38,929 bases of DNA. Origin: Candidatus Eiseniibacteriota bacterium (GTDB taxonomy: Bacteria; ARS69). The DNA lies in assembly GCA_052390515.1 (NCBI GenBank), contig JBQTGV010000150.1, forward strand, positions 1 to 38,929, given 5' to 3'. Below, in pieces: positions 15,081 to 23,888 of this stretch. Numbering within the stretch: the first letter of the stretch is position 1; every line of letters begins with the position of its first letter. The position numbers and the translations under genes are program-made. A model generated the notes under the pieces. That model saw nothing but the letters and a program-made list of their open reading frames with translations, was not told where the DNA came from and ran no database searches.

Positions 15081-16190
15081 TCAGGCCCTGGCGGCGGTGA
15101 GCTCGCGCAGCGCGGAGGCGACGTGCTCCGGTGCGTGCTCGTCCATCTCGGCGTACAGCGGAAGCGAGATCACTTCCCGGGCCAGCGCCTCGGCTGCCGG
15201 GAACGAACCCTCGCCGAGGCCCAGGCGGGCGTAGGCGGGCTGCAGGTGGAGCGCCACCGGATAGTGCACCGCGGCCCCCACGCCCCTCGCCGCGAGCTCC
15301 GGGAGCAGCGCTTCCCGGTCGGGAACGCGCACCACGTAGAGGTGATACACGTGCCGTACGTCGCTCCGGGTCCGCAGCGGGCGCGCCCCGGAGTCGACCA
15401 GCAGCTCGTCGTATCGCGCCGCGAAGCGTCGCCGCGCCTCGGTCCAGCTCTCCAGGTGGCGGAGCTTCACGTCGAGGATCGCGGCCTGCATCGCGTCCAG
15501 GCGGTAGTTGTACCCTTCGACGTCGTGCTCGTACTTGGTGGTGCGCCCATGGTCGCGGAGCAGGCGGATGCGCGCCGCGAGCTTCGGGTCGTCCGTGGTG
15601 ATGCCCCCGGCGTCGCCGTACGCGCCGAGGTTCTTGCCCGGATAGAAGCTGAAGCAGCCCACCCTGGCGAGGGACCCGGTGCGCCGGCCGCGGTACTTCG
15701 CCCCCACGGCCTGTGCCGCGTCCTCGATGACGACGATTCCCCGCCGCGCGGCGATCTCCAGGATCGGGTCCATGTCCACGGGCTGGCCGTAGAGATGCAC
15801 CGGGATGATCGCCTTGGTCCTCGGCGTGATGGCCGCTTCGAGCAGCGCGGGATCCAGGCAGCCGTCGTCTTCGCTGCAATCCACGAAACGGATGGCCGCC
15901 CCGGTCTGGGAGATGGCTTCGGTCGTGGCGATGAACGTATACGGCGCGGTGATCACCTCGTCGCCCGGACCGACGTCCAGCGCGGTGAGCACGAGGTGCA
16001 GCGCGGCCGTGCCGCTGGCCACGCCGACGGAGTCGGACACGCCGCAGTACGCGGCGAAGTTGCGCTCGAAACGCTCCAGGTAGGGTCCGCCGATGTACTG
16101 GCAGGACTCCACGACCTCCTCCAGGACCGCGTCGATCTCCGGCTTGATGGTGTGGTACTGCGCCCGCAGGTCGTTGAACGGTACCTTCAC
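15081..16190 (-). CDS. DegT/DnrJ/EryC1/StrS PLP-dependent sugar aminotransferase
   Basis: SGTAAL, GDEVIT, PVHLYGQ, IEDAAQA, FSFYPGKNLGAYGDAG (PLP lysine). Confidence 0.95.
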   Translation of the reverse strand: MKVPFNDLRAQYHTIKPEIDAVLEEVVESCQYIGGPYLERFERNFAAYCGVSDSVGVASGTAALHLVLTALDVGPGDEVITAPYTFIATTEAISQTGAAIRFVDCSEDDGCLDPALLEAAITPRTKAIIPVHLYGQPVDMDPILEIAARRGIVVIEDAAQAVGAKYRGRRTGSLARVGCFSFYPGKNLGAYGDAGGITTDDPKLAARIRLLRDHGRTTKYEHDVEGYNYRLDAMQAAILDVKLRHLESWTEARRRFAARYDELLVDSGARPLRTRSDVRHVYHLYVVRVPDREALLPELAARGVGAAVHYPVALHLQPAYARLGLGEGSFPAAEALAREVISLPLYAEMDEHAPEHVASALRELTAARA

Positions 16191-17251
16191 GGCTGTGCTC
16201 CTCGCTCGATCGAGGTGCGGGCCTCGTCTCCCGAAAGCGGCTCCATCACCGGGAGCACGCGCCCGCCCTGCTTGATGGATTCACACGCGCGCTCCATGAC
16301 GCGCACGACGGCCAGTCCCGCGTCGCCGTTCGATCTCGGCCTCTCCCGCTTCAGAATGCATTGTACGAAGTGCTGGCATTCGTTCTTGAGCGGCTCGCTG
16401 TCGTCGAGCCGCGGCGTGTAGATGTCGCCGAAGCGGTAGGACAGCTGGAACTCGCCGAAGGTGTCGTAGTGCGGCTGCACGGTGACGCCCTTGTCGAACA
16501 CGCGGATCTTCTCCTGCATGGAAACGTCGTCGAACACCAGCATCTTCTTGCTGCCCACCACCGTGGCCCGCCGGATCTTGTCGGGATTCAGCCACGACAC
16601 GTGAGTGTGCGCCACGATGTCGCCGGGGTACCGCAGGTTGAGGAAGGCCACGTCCTCGATGCCGGACTGGATGTACGCCTGACCGGTCGCCGACACGGTC
16701 AGCGGCTCGGTGTCCAACACGTAGTTCAGAATGGACACGTCGTGCGGCGCCAGGTCCCACACCACGTTGATGTCCTCCTGGAAGAGGCCGAGGTTCACCC
16801 TCGTGGTGCTGATGTAGTAGATGTGGCCGAGCTCGCCGGAGACGATCAGGTCGCGCATCTTGTTGACCGCCGCCGTGTACAGGAACGTGTGCCCGGCCAT
16901 CAGGATGAGACCGCGGTCCGTAGCCAGGCGATGCAGGTCCTCCGCCTCGGCGATGCTCGCCGCCATCGGTTTCTCGACCAGCACGTGCTTGCCGGCTTCC
17001 AGCAGCCGCCGGGCGATGGGATGATGCGTCGACACCGGCGTGGCCACCACTGCGGCGTCGATCTCCGGATCGGCCAGGACGGCTTCCACCGAAGTGGTGG
17101 TCATGACGCTGGGATACAGCTGCGCGACGTGCCGCAACCGTTCCTTGTTCAGATCCACGGCGATCTTCATCCGCACGTTCGGGAACTGCGTGAAGTTGCG
17201 GATGAAGTTCGGGCCCCAGTATCCGCATCCGACGACGGCGACGGTCAGCAA
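16187..17251 (-). CDS. Gfo/Idh/MocA NAD-dependent oxidoreductase (WbpB/GnnA-like)
   Basis: TTG start after AAGGAG; VVGCGYWGPN, KHVLVEKPM, WDLAPHD; the stop overlaps the DegT start (GTGA). Confidence 0.92.
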   Translation of the reverse strand: MLTVAVVGCGYWGPNFIRNFTQFPNVRMKIAVDLNKERLRHVAQLYPSVMTTTSVEAVLADPEIDAAVVATPVSTHHPIARRLLEAGKHVLVEKPMAASIAEAEDLHRLATDRGLILMAGHTFLYTAAVNKMRDLIVSGELGHIYYISTTRVNLGLFQEDINVVWDLAPHDVSILNYVLDTEPLTVSATGQAYIQSGIEDVAFLNLRYPGDIVAHTHVSWLNPDKIRRATVVGSKKMLVFDDVSMQEKIRVFDKGVTVQPHYDTFGEFQLSYRFGDIYTPRLDDSEPLKNECQHFVQCILKRERPRSNGDAGLAVVRVMERACESIKQGGRVLPVMEPLSGDEARTSIERGAQP

Positions 17252-17277
17252 GGGGAAGCTCCTTCCAGATGCATGGG

Positions 17278-18807
17278 TCAGTAGGCCCCTTCGCCGGAGA
17301 GAACGACGGGGATCGTTCGGAACAGGATCTCGAGGTCGGTCTTGAGCGACCAGTGGTCGATGTAGTACAGGTCCAGCAGCACCATCTCGTCGAACGGCAC
17401 GCTCGAGCGGCCGCTCACTTGCCAGAGGCCGGTGAGGCCGGGCTTGGCCCGCAGCCTCTTGCGATGCCACTCCTTGTAGTGGTTCAGCTCGTAGAAGATC
17501 GGCGGGCGCGGCCCGACGATGCTCATGTCCCCGGCGACGACGTTGAGCAGCTGCGGCAGCTCGTCCAGGCTCGTGCGGCGCAGCACGTGCCCGATGGGCG
17601 TGACCCGCGGGTCCTGGGTGAGCTTGAACACCTCGTCCTTGCGTCTCACCGTGTCGGAGTACTCGAGCTTCTGGCCGGTGATCAGGCGCGTCGCGTACTC
17701 GCGGTGGATGGAGTCGTCGGTCTGCAGCTTCATGGTGCGGAACTTGACCATGGTGAACTCGCGACCGTGCTGCCCCGCGCGCACCTGCTTGAAGAGCACC
17801 GGACCCGGCGAGAAGATCTTGATGAGGAGCGCGATGAACAGCAGCAGCGGGAAGAACAGCAGCAAGAGGCCGAGGGAGACCGCCAGGTCGAACGCCCGCT
17901 TGGTCGCTCGCGCGAGGTGGGAGGCGCCGTCGTTGCGCACGTCGTACGTGGGCACGCCGTCGATCGTCTCCACCTGCGTGTCCGAGGCGATCAAGTGCAG
18001 GATGTCGCTCACCAGCCGCACGGGAATCTGGGCGCGCATACATCGCGACATCATGGCCAGGGTCCCCTCCTGGCCGAGGCTGGGGATGGCCACGAAGACC
18101 TGATCCGCCTGGACCTCGCGCGCGATCGAGGAGAGGTCCTCGACCGATCCCAGCACCGGCACCCCTTCCACCACGGTACGGAGCTTCGCCTGATCGTCGT
18201 CCACGAACCCCAGCACGTCGTAGCTCAGGGCGTCGCTGGAGCGGACGCGTTGCAGGAACCGGGTCCCCTCCACGCCCGCGCCGACGATCAGGATGCGGGT
18301 CTCCCGCTTGCGGCCGCCGAACTGCGCCCGATAGGCCCGCCGCAGGACCAGCAGGCGAAGGGCCGCAGACAGGAGCAGGGTCAACGCGAAGGCGAAGCCG
18401 AGGACGAGCCGCTTCTCGAAGAAGTAGTTCGTGCGCGTCACGAAGCCGAGCGCGAGCACGAGGAGGCAACCGAGGCTCGCGGCCTTGAGGATGCCGCCGA
18501 TCTGATCGAAGATCGTTCCCATCACGCGCGGGCGATAGAGTCCGTTCGCGCCGTGGACGAGGATCCACGCCGGCAGCAGGAGCACCAGGGTGGCCAGGTG
18601 CTCGATGCGCGGCGGAGCTTCCGGCCCTTGGAAGAACCCGGTCGAGAATCGGAGGGCGTGCGCGCCGAGGAACGCGGCGAAGAGCACGGCCGCGTCCAGC
18701 GCCATGGCGAGCAGCACGATGCGGAGATCGGACGGACGCGATCGGGCACGCGCCGATACCGCGGCGGATTCCCTCTCGGGTCGTCGCGCACGAGTCCCGG
18801 TGGTCAT
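17278..18807 (-). CDS. Polyprenyl-phosphate glycosyl-1-phosphotransferase (WcaJ/WbaP-like priming transferase)
   Basis: Four N-terminal TMs, ILIVGAG..GFVDDD Rossmann-like domain, KFRTM, DPRVT..LRRTSLDELPQLLNV, VGPRP, KPGLTGLWQVSGR. Confidence 0.95.
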   Translation of the reverse strand: MTTGTRARRPERESAAVSARARSRPSDLRIVLLAMALDAAVLFAAFLGAHALRFSTGFFQGPEAPPRIEHLATLVLLLPAWILVHGANGLYRPRVMGTIFDQIGGILKAASLGCLLVLALGFVTRTNYFFEKRLVLGFAFALTLLLSAALRLLVLRRAYRAQFGGRKRETRILIVGAGVEGTRFLQRVRSSDALSYDVLGFVDDDQAKLRTVVEGVPVLGSVEDLSSIAREVQADQVFVAIPSLGQEGTLAMMSRCMRAQIPVRLVSDILHLIASDTQVETIDGVPTYDVRNDGASHLARATKRAFDLAVSLGLLLLFFPLLLFIALLIKIFSPGPVLFKQVRAGQHGREFTMVKFRTMKLQTDDSIHREYATRLITGQKLEYSDTVRRKDEVFKLTQDPRVTPIGHVLRRTSLDELPQLLNVVAGDMSIVGPRPPIFYELNHYKEWHRKRLRAKPGLTGLWQVSGRSSVPFDEMVLLDLYYIDHWSLKTDLEILFRTIPVVLSGEGAY

Positions 18808-18852
18808 GCGGTCCCTTCCCTTACCGCGGATCGACCGGCGTAATGTGTAGCA

Positions 18853-18881
18853 ATTCTAGGCAATTACGGCCTCCCGATCCA
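18853..18881 (-). promoter_or_regulatory. Possible internal promoter for the priming transferase sub-operon
   Basis: Minus strand TGGATC-17 nt-TAGAAT in a locally AT-rich patch; the -10 box includes the TAG stop of the upstream GT4. Confidence 0.4.
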
Positions 18882-20040
18882 GTGGATTATCAGGGTGCGC
18901 CGGCGCCCTGCGGCCGGCCAGGGCCCGCTCGTAGACGGCGAGCGTGCGGTCGACGATGGGCCCGACCCGGAACCGGCGAACGGCGGCCTCGCGGCCCAGC
19001 CGCCCCGCCTCTTCTTGCTTCGTCGGGTCGGCCAGGAGTTCGGCCAGCGCGTCGGCCAGCGCCGCCGCGTCCCCTACCGGTACCACGCGGCCGGCTCCCT
19101 CGAGGAGGTGTCGGGTGCCGCCCGCGTCGGTCGCGACGACGGCGCAGCCTGCGGCCATCGCCTCCATGACCGCCACCGAAGCCGTCTCCTGCCGCGACGA
19201 CTGCACGAACACGCCGCAAGCGGACAGCTCGGCCTCCATCCGCTCCGTGGGGAGGGAGCCCAGGAAGTCGCACCGGTCGCCTACCCCTTCCCCCGCAGCG
19301 CGGCTTCGCAGAGCTTGCTCGTAGGCCGGGTCGTCGGCCCCGCCGGCCACGCGCAGATCGAAGGCGACTCCGCCCCGCGCCAGGATCCCGCACGCCGCGA
19401 GCAACGTCTCCACGTCCTTTCGCGGGATGAGCCTCCCCGCGAACATCACGCGCGCGCGTTCCCGCCGGCCCTTCGTCAGAAAGAAGCGCTCGTCGACCGG
19501 ATTCTCGATGGGGTGGGTCGTGACGCCGTCGAGCCGGCCGGCGAAGTACTCCGCCACGTACGGGCTGATCACGATGAGGTGATCGAGCCGCCGGAGACAC
19601 ATCCGCTCCATGCGCACGCGCACCCCGCTGCGGATGCGGGCCACCCATCCGGGCATCGCTCGGCCCTCCGCTCCCTGCATTCCATGGGCGGTGGCCACCC
19701 ACGGAACTCCGGAGTCGGCGGCGGCCAGCGCCGGGGGTCCCAGCACGTGTGCATGCACGATGTCGGGCCGGATGCGACGCAGCGCGGCCACGGTGACGCG
19801 GCGCTCGGCGCGGCCCAGCGTCAGGTTCCCGAACCGTCGCGTGGCGGCGAACCGATGCACATGCACGCCCTCCAGCTCCTCCTCGACGGGCCCATCGAGC
19901 CCGGACTGGATGCTCACCGCGTGGACCTCCAGACCGGGGCGGGCGGCCATCTCCGCCGCGAGCCGTCGGACCACGGCCTGCACGCCTCCCACCATGCGGT
20001 CGGGGGCCGCCGGGTACTCGGCCAGAAGCGCCACCTTCAT
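18856..20040 (-). CDS. Glycosyltransferase family 4
   Basis: MKVALLAEYP..GGVQ; FAGRLIPRKD; QETASVAVMEAM; ATGA overlap with the upstream gene. Confidence 0.9.
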   Translation of the reverse strand: MKVALLAEYPAAPDRMVGGVQAVVRRLAAEMAARPGLEVHAVSIQSGLDGPVEEELEGVHVHRFAATRRFGNLTLGRAERRVTVAALRRIRPDIVHAHVLGPPALAAADSGVPWVATAHGMQGAEGRAMPGWVARIRSGVRVRMERMCLRRLDHLIVISPYVAEYFAGRLDGVTTHPIENPVDERFFLTKGRRERARVMFAGRLIPRKDVETLLAACGILARGGVAFDLRVAGGADDPAYEQALRSRAAGEGVGDRCDFLGSLPTERMEAELSACGVFVQSSRQETASVAVMEAMAAGCAVVATDAGGTRHLLEGAGRVVPVGDAAALADALAELLADPTKQEEAGRLGREAAVRRFRVGPIVDRTLAVYERALAGRRAPAHPDNPLDREAVIA

Positions 20041-21593
20041 ACCGCACCTCCGGGCCGGAGCAACGGCGGGCGCCAGCGCGCCGCGGGAACGCGCGCGTCG
20101 GCGGCGCCGACGGCACGCCTCTGCTGCACGTGACGTTCGTACATGCCCACCATGCTGCCCATGAGGAAGAAGTACAGAACGTTCACGTACTCGAAGTAGC
20201 GCAGCTCGAGGAACATGGCGTTGACGAAGTACGCCGCCATGGCGCACCACACGCAGACTACGAAATCCGGCGACACGATTCGCCGATCGGGCAGCTCCTT
20301 GTAGGCGCGCAAAGACGTCAGGAAGATGAACCAGTACACCAGGAGATACGGGACCAATCCCAGGATGCCCAGCTCCACGAACACGGTGATCAGCATGTTG
20401 TGGAGCACGGCATGCCCACCGACGCCCATGTCGATGTGGCCGATGAGCGGGACGTCCCGCGGCTTGCGGTACTTGAGGGCCTCCTCCTGGAAGTTCATGA
20501 AGCCGCAGCCAACGAAGGGGCTGTTGATGAAGATCTCCGCGGCCTCGTACGCGACCTCGACGCGGTAATGGATCGTCTCCATCGTCGCCAGGCCCCCCAC
20601 GTCGCGGTCTTCCGTGGCCACGTTCTCCCAGTTCAGGAAGATGGCCAGCGCGCCGGCCAGCACGATCGCCGTGCACAGCGGGCGAAACCTGCGGCTGGCG
20701 ACGATGGCGATGATCAGGGCCACCAGGAACCCGAGATACACCGAGCGGGTCTGCGTGAAGAAGATCGTGGTCGGAGTCACCAGGAGCAGAGCCACTTGTA
20801 GTACGCGGCTGGTGACGCCTCCCCTGCGGTCCAGGTACAACCACGCAGGAAAGAATCCCATCGTCATGACCGCTCCGAGCACTGCGGGCTGGATGAAGAT
20901 GCCGCGCACCCGGAATCCCAGGCGAGTGAGGCCATGGTCCGCCAGCGTGGGATCCACGATGAACTTCGGATAGACGAACTCGTACCACTGCAGCTTCTCG
21001 AAGATGCCCATCACGCCCAGATAGAGGCCGAGGAGCACGAGATAGCCCATGACCAGGTTGACCTGGCGCTCCCGGCTGACCACGGTACGTGCGAAGTAGT
21101 AGAAGAGGAACGGAAAGACGTAGCCTCTCAGCAGGAGGAGCCAGAAGGGTTGCTGGCCCAGTGTGACCACCGAGATGAAGAGCACCACGAGGAAGACGGT
21201 CATCGCCTTCTCGATGCGGGTGAAACCGGGAACCTGCCGCATGGACAGAAGGCACTGCATCAGGAAGACCAGGTACAGGATGATCGCGGCGATCCGCGAT
21301 GGGTAGAGATCCGGGAACCCGGGGAGCCGGAACCAGAATCCCGTCTGGAAGAAGATGACCGCGGTCAGGTAGAAGAGGAATCCCCAGGTGAGGTCCCGCT
21401 TCAGCAACAGGAACACGACGACGGCGACGTTGAACAGACCCAGCGCGGTGACCAGCGCGGTCACCTCCATGAAGGAACCCAGCCACCCGCACAGCACCAG
21501 CAGCAGCGAGATCAACACGCCGCGGGCGAGCGGGGTCAGCGAGATGGTCGCGGAGTGGGCGCCGGAGACCGAGTCCCCGAGATCGAGCCTCAT
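20037..21593 (-). CDS. O-antigen ligase/Wzy_C family membrane protein (probable polysaccharide polymerase)
   Basis: Start MRLDLG at 21593; about 12 TMs; RVRGIFIQP, FTQTRSVYLG, PFVGCG, LHNMLITVFVELGILG. Confidence 0.85.
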   Translation of the reverse strand: MRLDLGDSVSGAHSATISLTPLARGVLISLLLVLCGWLGSFMEVTALVTALGLFNVAVVVFLLLKRDLTWGFLFYLTAVIFFQTGFWFRLPGFPDLYPSRIAAIILYLVFLMQCLLSMRQVPGFTRIEKAMTVFLVVLFISVVTLGQQPFWLLLLRGYVFPFLFYYFARTVVSRERQVNLVMGYLVLLGLYLGVMGIFEKLQWYEFVYPKFIVDPTLADHGLTRLGFRVRGIFIQPAVLGAVMTMGFFPAWLYLDRRGGVTSRVLQVALLLVTPTTIFFTQTRSVYLGFLVALIIAIVASRRFRPLCTAIVLAGALAIFLNWENVATEDRDVGGLATMETIHYRVEVAYEAAEIFINSPFVGCGFMNFQEEALKYRKPRDVPLIGHIDMGVGGHAVLHNMLITVFVELGILGLVPYLLVYWFIFLTSLRAYKELPDRRIVSPDFVVCVWCAMAAYFVNAMFLELRYFEYVNVLYFFLMGSMVGMYERHVQQRRAVGAADARVPAARWRPPLLRPGGAV

Positions 21594-23107
21594 CGCTGCC
21601 CCCCTTCGTACAACGTGACCTTCACTCCCTCGAAGTCCCAGCGCCCGCGCTCGGCGAGCGACTCCTCGAAGAACCGGCGGATGCGCGGCTCGGGGGCCAC
21701 GTCCCACCAGCGGGAGAGCACGAGCCAGACGCGCACGGCGTCGCGGCTCGCGTCGGCCACGTGCACGCGCAATTCCTCGTCCGTGCGCAGGTACCTCTTG
21801 TGGACGTGGTGCAGGCGGGCGGCGCCGCCGGCGGTATCCGAGAAGTAGTGGCGGAACGGCCGGAACGCGTAGATGACGACGACCGAGTCGCCGGGGCGCT
21901 CCTGCTCGAGGATCAGCTTCGCCGCGGCGCGGCTGTCCTCCTTGGCATAGGCTGGCACGAAGTAGTGGTTGGCGAGCGACAGCGCCGTCAGAACCGCGGC
22001 GCAGACGGCAGCGACGCGCGCCCCGCGCTCCGGCACGGACCACCCGGCGGCCAGGATGGCGAGGAACGCCGGGAGGCAGGCGAACAGGTAGCGGGGGTGG
22101 AACGTCTTCACGCCGCGGACGGCCAGCAGGACGGCCAGGAGCAGCGGCACACCGAGCAGCACGGCGACCATGCGGCCGCGACCGCGGCGCGCGGCCTCGC
22201 GGATTCCGAACGCGAGAGCGGCGCACACGGCCGCACTCCCCAGGGCGAGCACCGGCCAGTGCGCGAGGATCGCCGAGGCGGATCGGTCCAGGTGCAGGCT
22301 GCGCAGCGTGGGTCCCAGGCTGTACCCGTAGGTGAAGGCCCAGGCGGTGTACCCGATCCCGAAGGGCGTGAACCCCTCGGCTTCCCGCAGAGGCACCCCG
22401 GTCGGGGACTCGGTGTCGAGGAAGACGCGCTCCGCACCGATCCGCTGGAACCAGTCCGAGAACCACGGCAGGAACACCACGACCGTCGCGAGGAGCACGC
22501 CGCCCCAGCGGAGGGCCACGCCGCGCGGGGGCCGAAGGACGGCCACCGCCGCGGTCAGCGAGGCCAACAGGAAGACGAATCCGTAGTTGGTGAGCACGCC
22601 GAGAACGACGACGGCGAGCAGCGCGGGCCAGGTCCGCCTGCCGGCGCGCCCGTCCAGGATCCGCACGAACAGCAGGAGCGCCGAGGTCGCCCAGAGCACG
22701 GCCCAGCTGTACGCGCGGACCTCCTGCGCGTACCACACCAGGAACGGCGAAGCGGCGAACACCACGGCGGTGGCGCGGCCGGCCCGCTCCCCGAAGAGCT
22801 CACGGCCCAGCGCGTGGGCCGGCAGGATCGTCGCGATGGAGGGCACGGCGTAGAGGACGCGGAGCCATCCTTCGCTCGTCCCGAGCCGTGCCCACAGGTG
22901 TAGCAGCGCGGACGTGAACGGCCCGTGGATGTCGTGCAGGAGGCCTCTCCAGAATTCCACGCCGGTGGTGTAGGTGGCCAGGCTCAGGCTGATCATCTCG
23001 TCGATCCAGAGGTTCTGGTGACCGATCCGGAACAGCCGCAGCACCGCCGCCAGCCCCAGGCAGCCGAGGATCCAGGTCCGATCCGCACGGGACGTGCCGC
23101 TGTCCAT
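21590..23107 (-). CDS. GT-C membrane glycosyltransferase (GT39/PMT_2-like)
   Basis: LRLFRIGHQNLWIDE, DIHGP, WLR, SPFLVWYAQEVRAYS, HPRY; multi-TM with a periplasmic C-terminal domain. Confidence 0.85.
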   Translation of the reverse strand: MDSGTSRADRTWILGCLGLAAVLRLFRIGHQNLWIDEMISLSLATYTTGVEFWRGLLHDIHGPFTSALLHLWARLGTSEGWLRVLYAVPSIATILPAHALGRELFGERAGRATAVVFAASPFLVWYAQEVRAYSWAVLWATSALLLFVRILDGRAGRRTWPALLAVVVLGVLTNYGFVFLLASLTAAVAVLRPPRGVALRWGGVLLATVVVFLPWFSDWFQRIGAERVFLDTESPTGVPLREAEGFTPFGIGYTAWAFTYGYSLGPTLRSLHLDRSASAILAHWPVLALGSAAVCAALAFGIREAARRGRGRMVAVLLGVPLLLAVLLAVRGVKTFHPRYLFACLPAFLAILAAGWSVPERGARVAAVCAAVLTALSLANHYFVPAYAKEDSRAAAKLILEQERPGDSVVVIYAFRPFRHYFSDTAGGAARLHHVHKRYLRTDEELRVHVADASRDAVRVWLVLSRWWDVAPEPRIRRFFEESLAERGRWDFEGVKVTLYEGGQR

Positions 23108-23120
23108 GGCTTCGTCCCCG

Positions 23121-23879
23121 TCAGAGCCGCCGGTAGATGAACTCGGGAATGGGGAACTCCCGTCGATTCAGCACGACCCCGAGAATCTGTCCGCCCATGC
23201 GTCGCAGGGTGTCGCAGGCCCGGCTGGCGACCTGGCGGTTCGTCTTGCCTGCGCGCACCACGAACACCACGCCCGACCCGACCGCGACCGCGGACTGCGA
23301 CAGGAACGGAGAGCCCACGTAGTCGCTGTCGACGAGCACGTAGTCGTAGTTTCCCTGCAGGGCGCGGAGCAGCGGGCCCAGCTCGTCGGTGATCCGCTCC
23401 GCCTGGGAGCGGTCCGCGCAGCGCCCGAGCGGAACGAGGCTCAGGTTCGCGAAGCCAGTCGGGTGGACCACCGAGTCACGGGTCGCGTGCCCGGCGACCA
23501 GCTCGGCGAGGCCGGGAGCGTCGGGAACGTGGAAGTGGCGGTGCAGGGACGGGTGGCGCGCGTTTCCGTCCACCAGCAGCACGTGCTCCCCGCGACGGGA
23601 GAGCATCTCCGCGAACTGCGCGACCACCGTAGAGACGCCCTCGGCACCCAGCGCCCCGGTGAAGACCAGCGCCCTCGTCTCGCACTGGCCGAGGACGACC
23701 TCGATCTGCTTGCCGATCGCCTCGTAGTGAGCGAGCACGTCGGGCGACAGCGCCGGGACGAGCCCCATCGGTCCGTCTCCCGCGGTGCGACGGGGCGCAG
23801 GGACGTCGAGCTCGCGAGCCGAGCTGGTTGCGCGGTACTCGCCCTCCGACTTGCGCATGGCGTCCCGGATCTTGCTCAC
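23121..23879 (-). CDS. CpsD/CapB-family (BY-kinase-like) protein with degenerate Walker A
   Basis: MSKIRDAMRK N-terminus; FTGALGAEGVST; VLLVDGNARHP; YDYVLVDS; ILGVVLNR. Confidence 0.85.
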   Translation of the reverse strand: MSKIRDAMRKSEGEYRATSSARELDVPAPRRTAGDGPMGLVPALSPDVLAHYEAIGKQIEVVLGQCETRALVFTGALGAEGVSTVVAQFAEMLSRRGEHVLLVDGNARHPSLHRHFHVPDAPGLAELVAGHATRDSVVHPTGFANLSLVPLGRCADRSQAERITDELGPLLRALQGNYDYVLVDSDYVGSPFLSQSAVAVGSGVVFVVRAGKTNRQVASRACDTLRRMGGQILGVVLNRREFPIPEFIYRRL

Positions 23880-23888
23880 GTCGCTTCC

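Noticed and set aside
18845..18870. Sigma54 promoter candidates at TTGCT motifs (also near 28040 and 645)
   Set aside because: The required GG-N10-GC spacing is not met at any of them.
16187..22736. Apparent giant fusion ORFs (793, 878 and 899 aa, and similar 637-782 aa ORFs elsewhere)
   Set aside because: The N-terminal portions are alternate frames of upstream genes; real starts are marked by RBS sequences and ATGA/GTGA overlaps, so no frameshift needs to be invoked.
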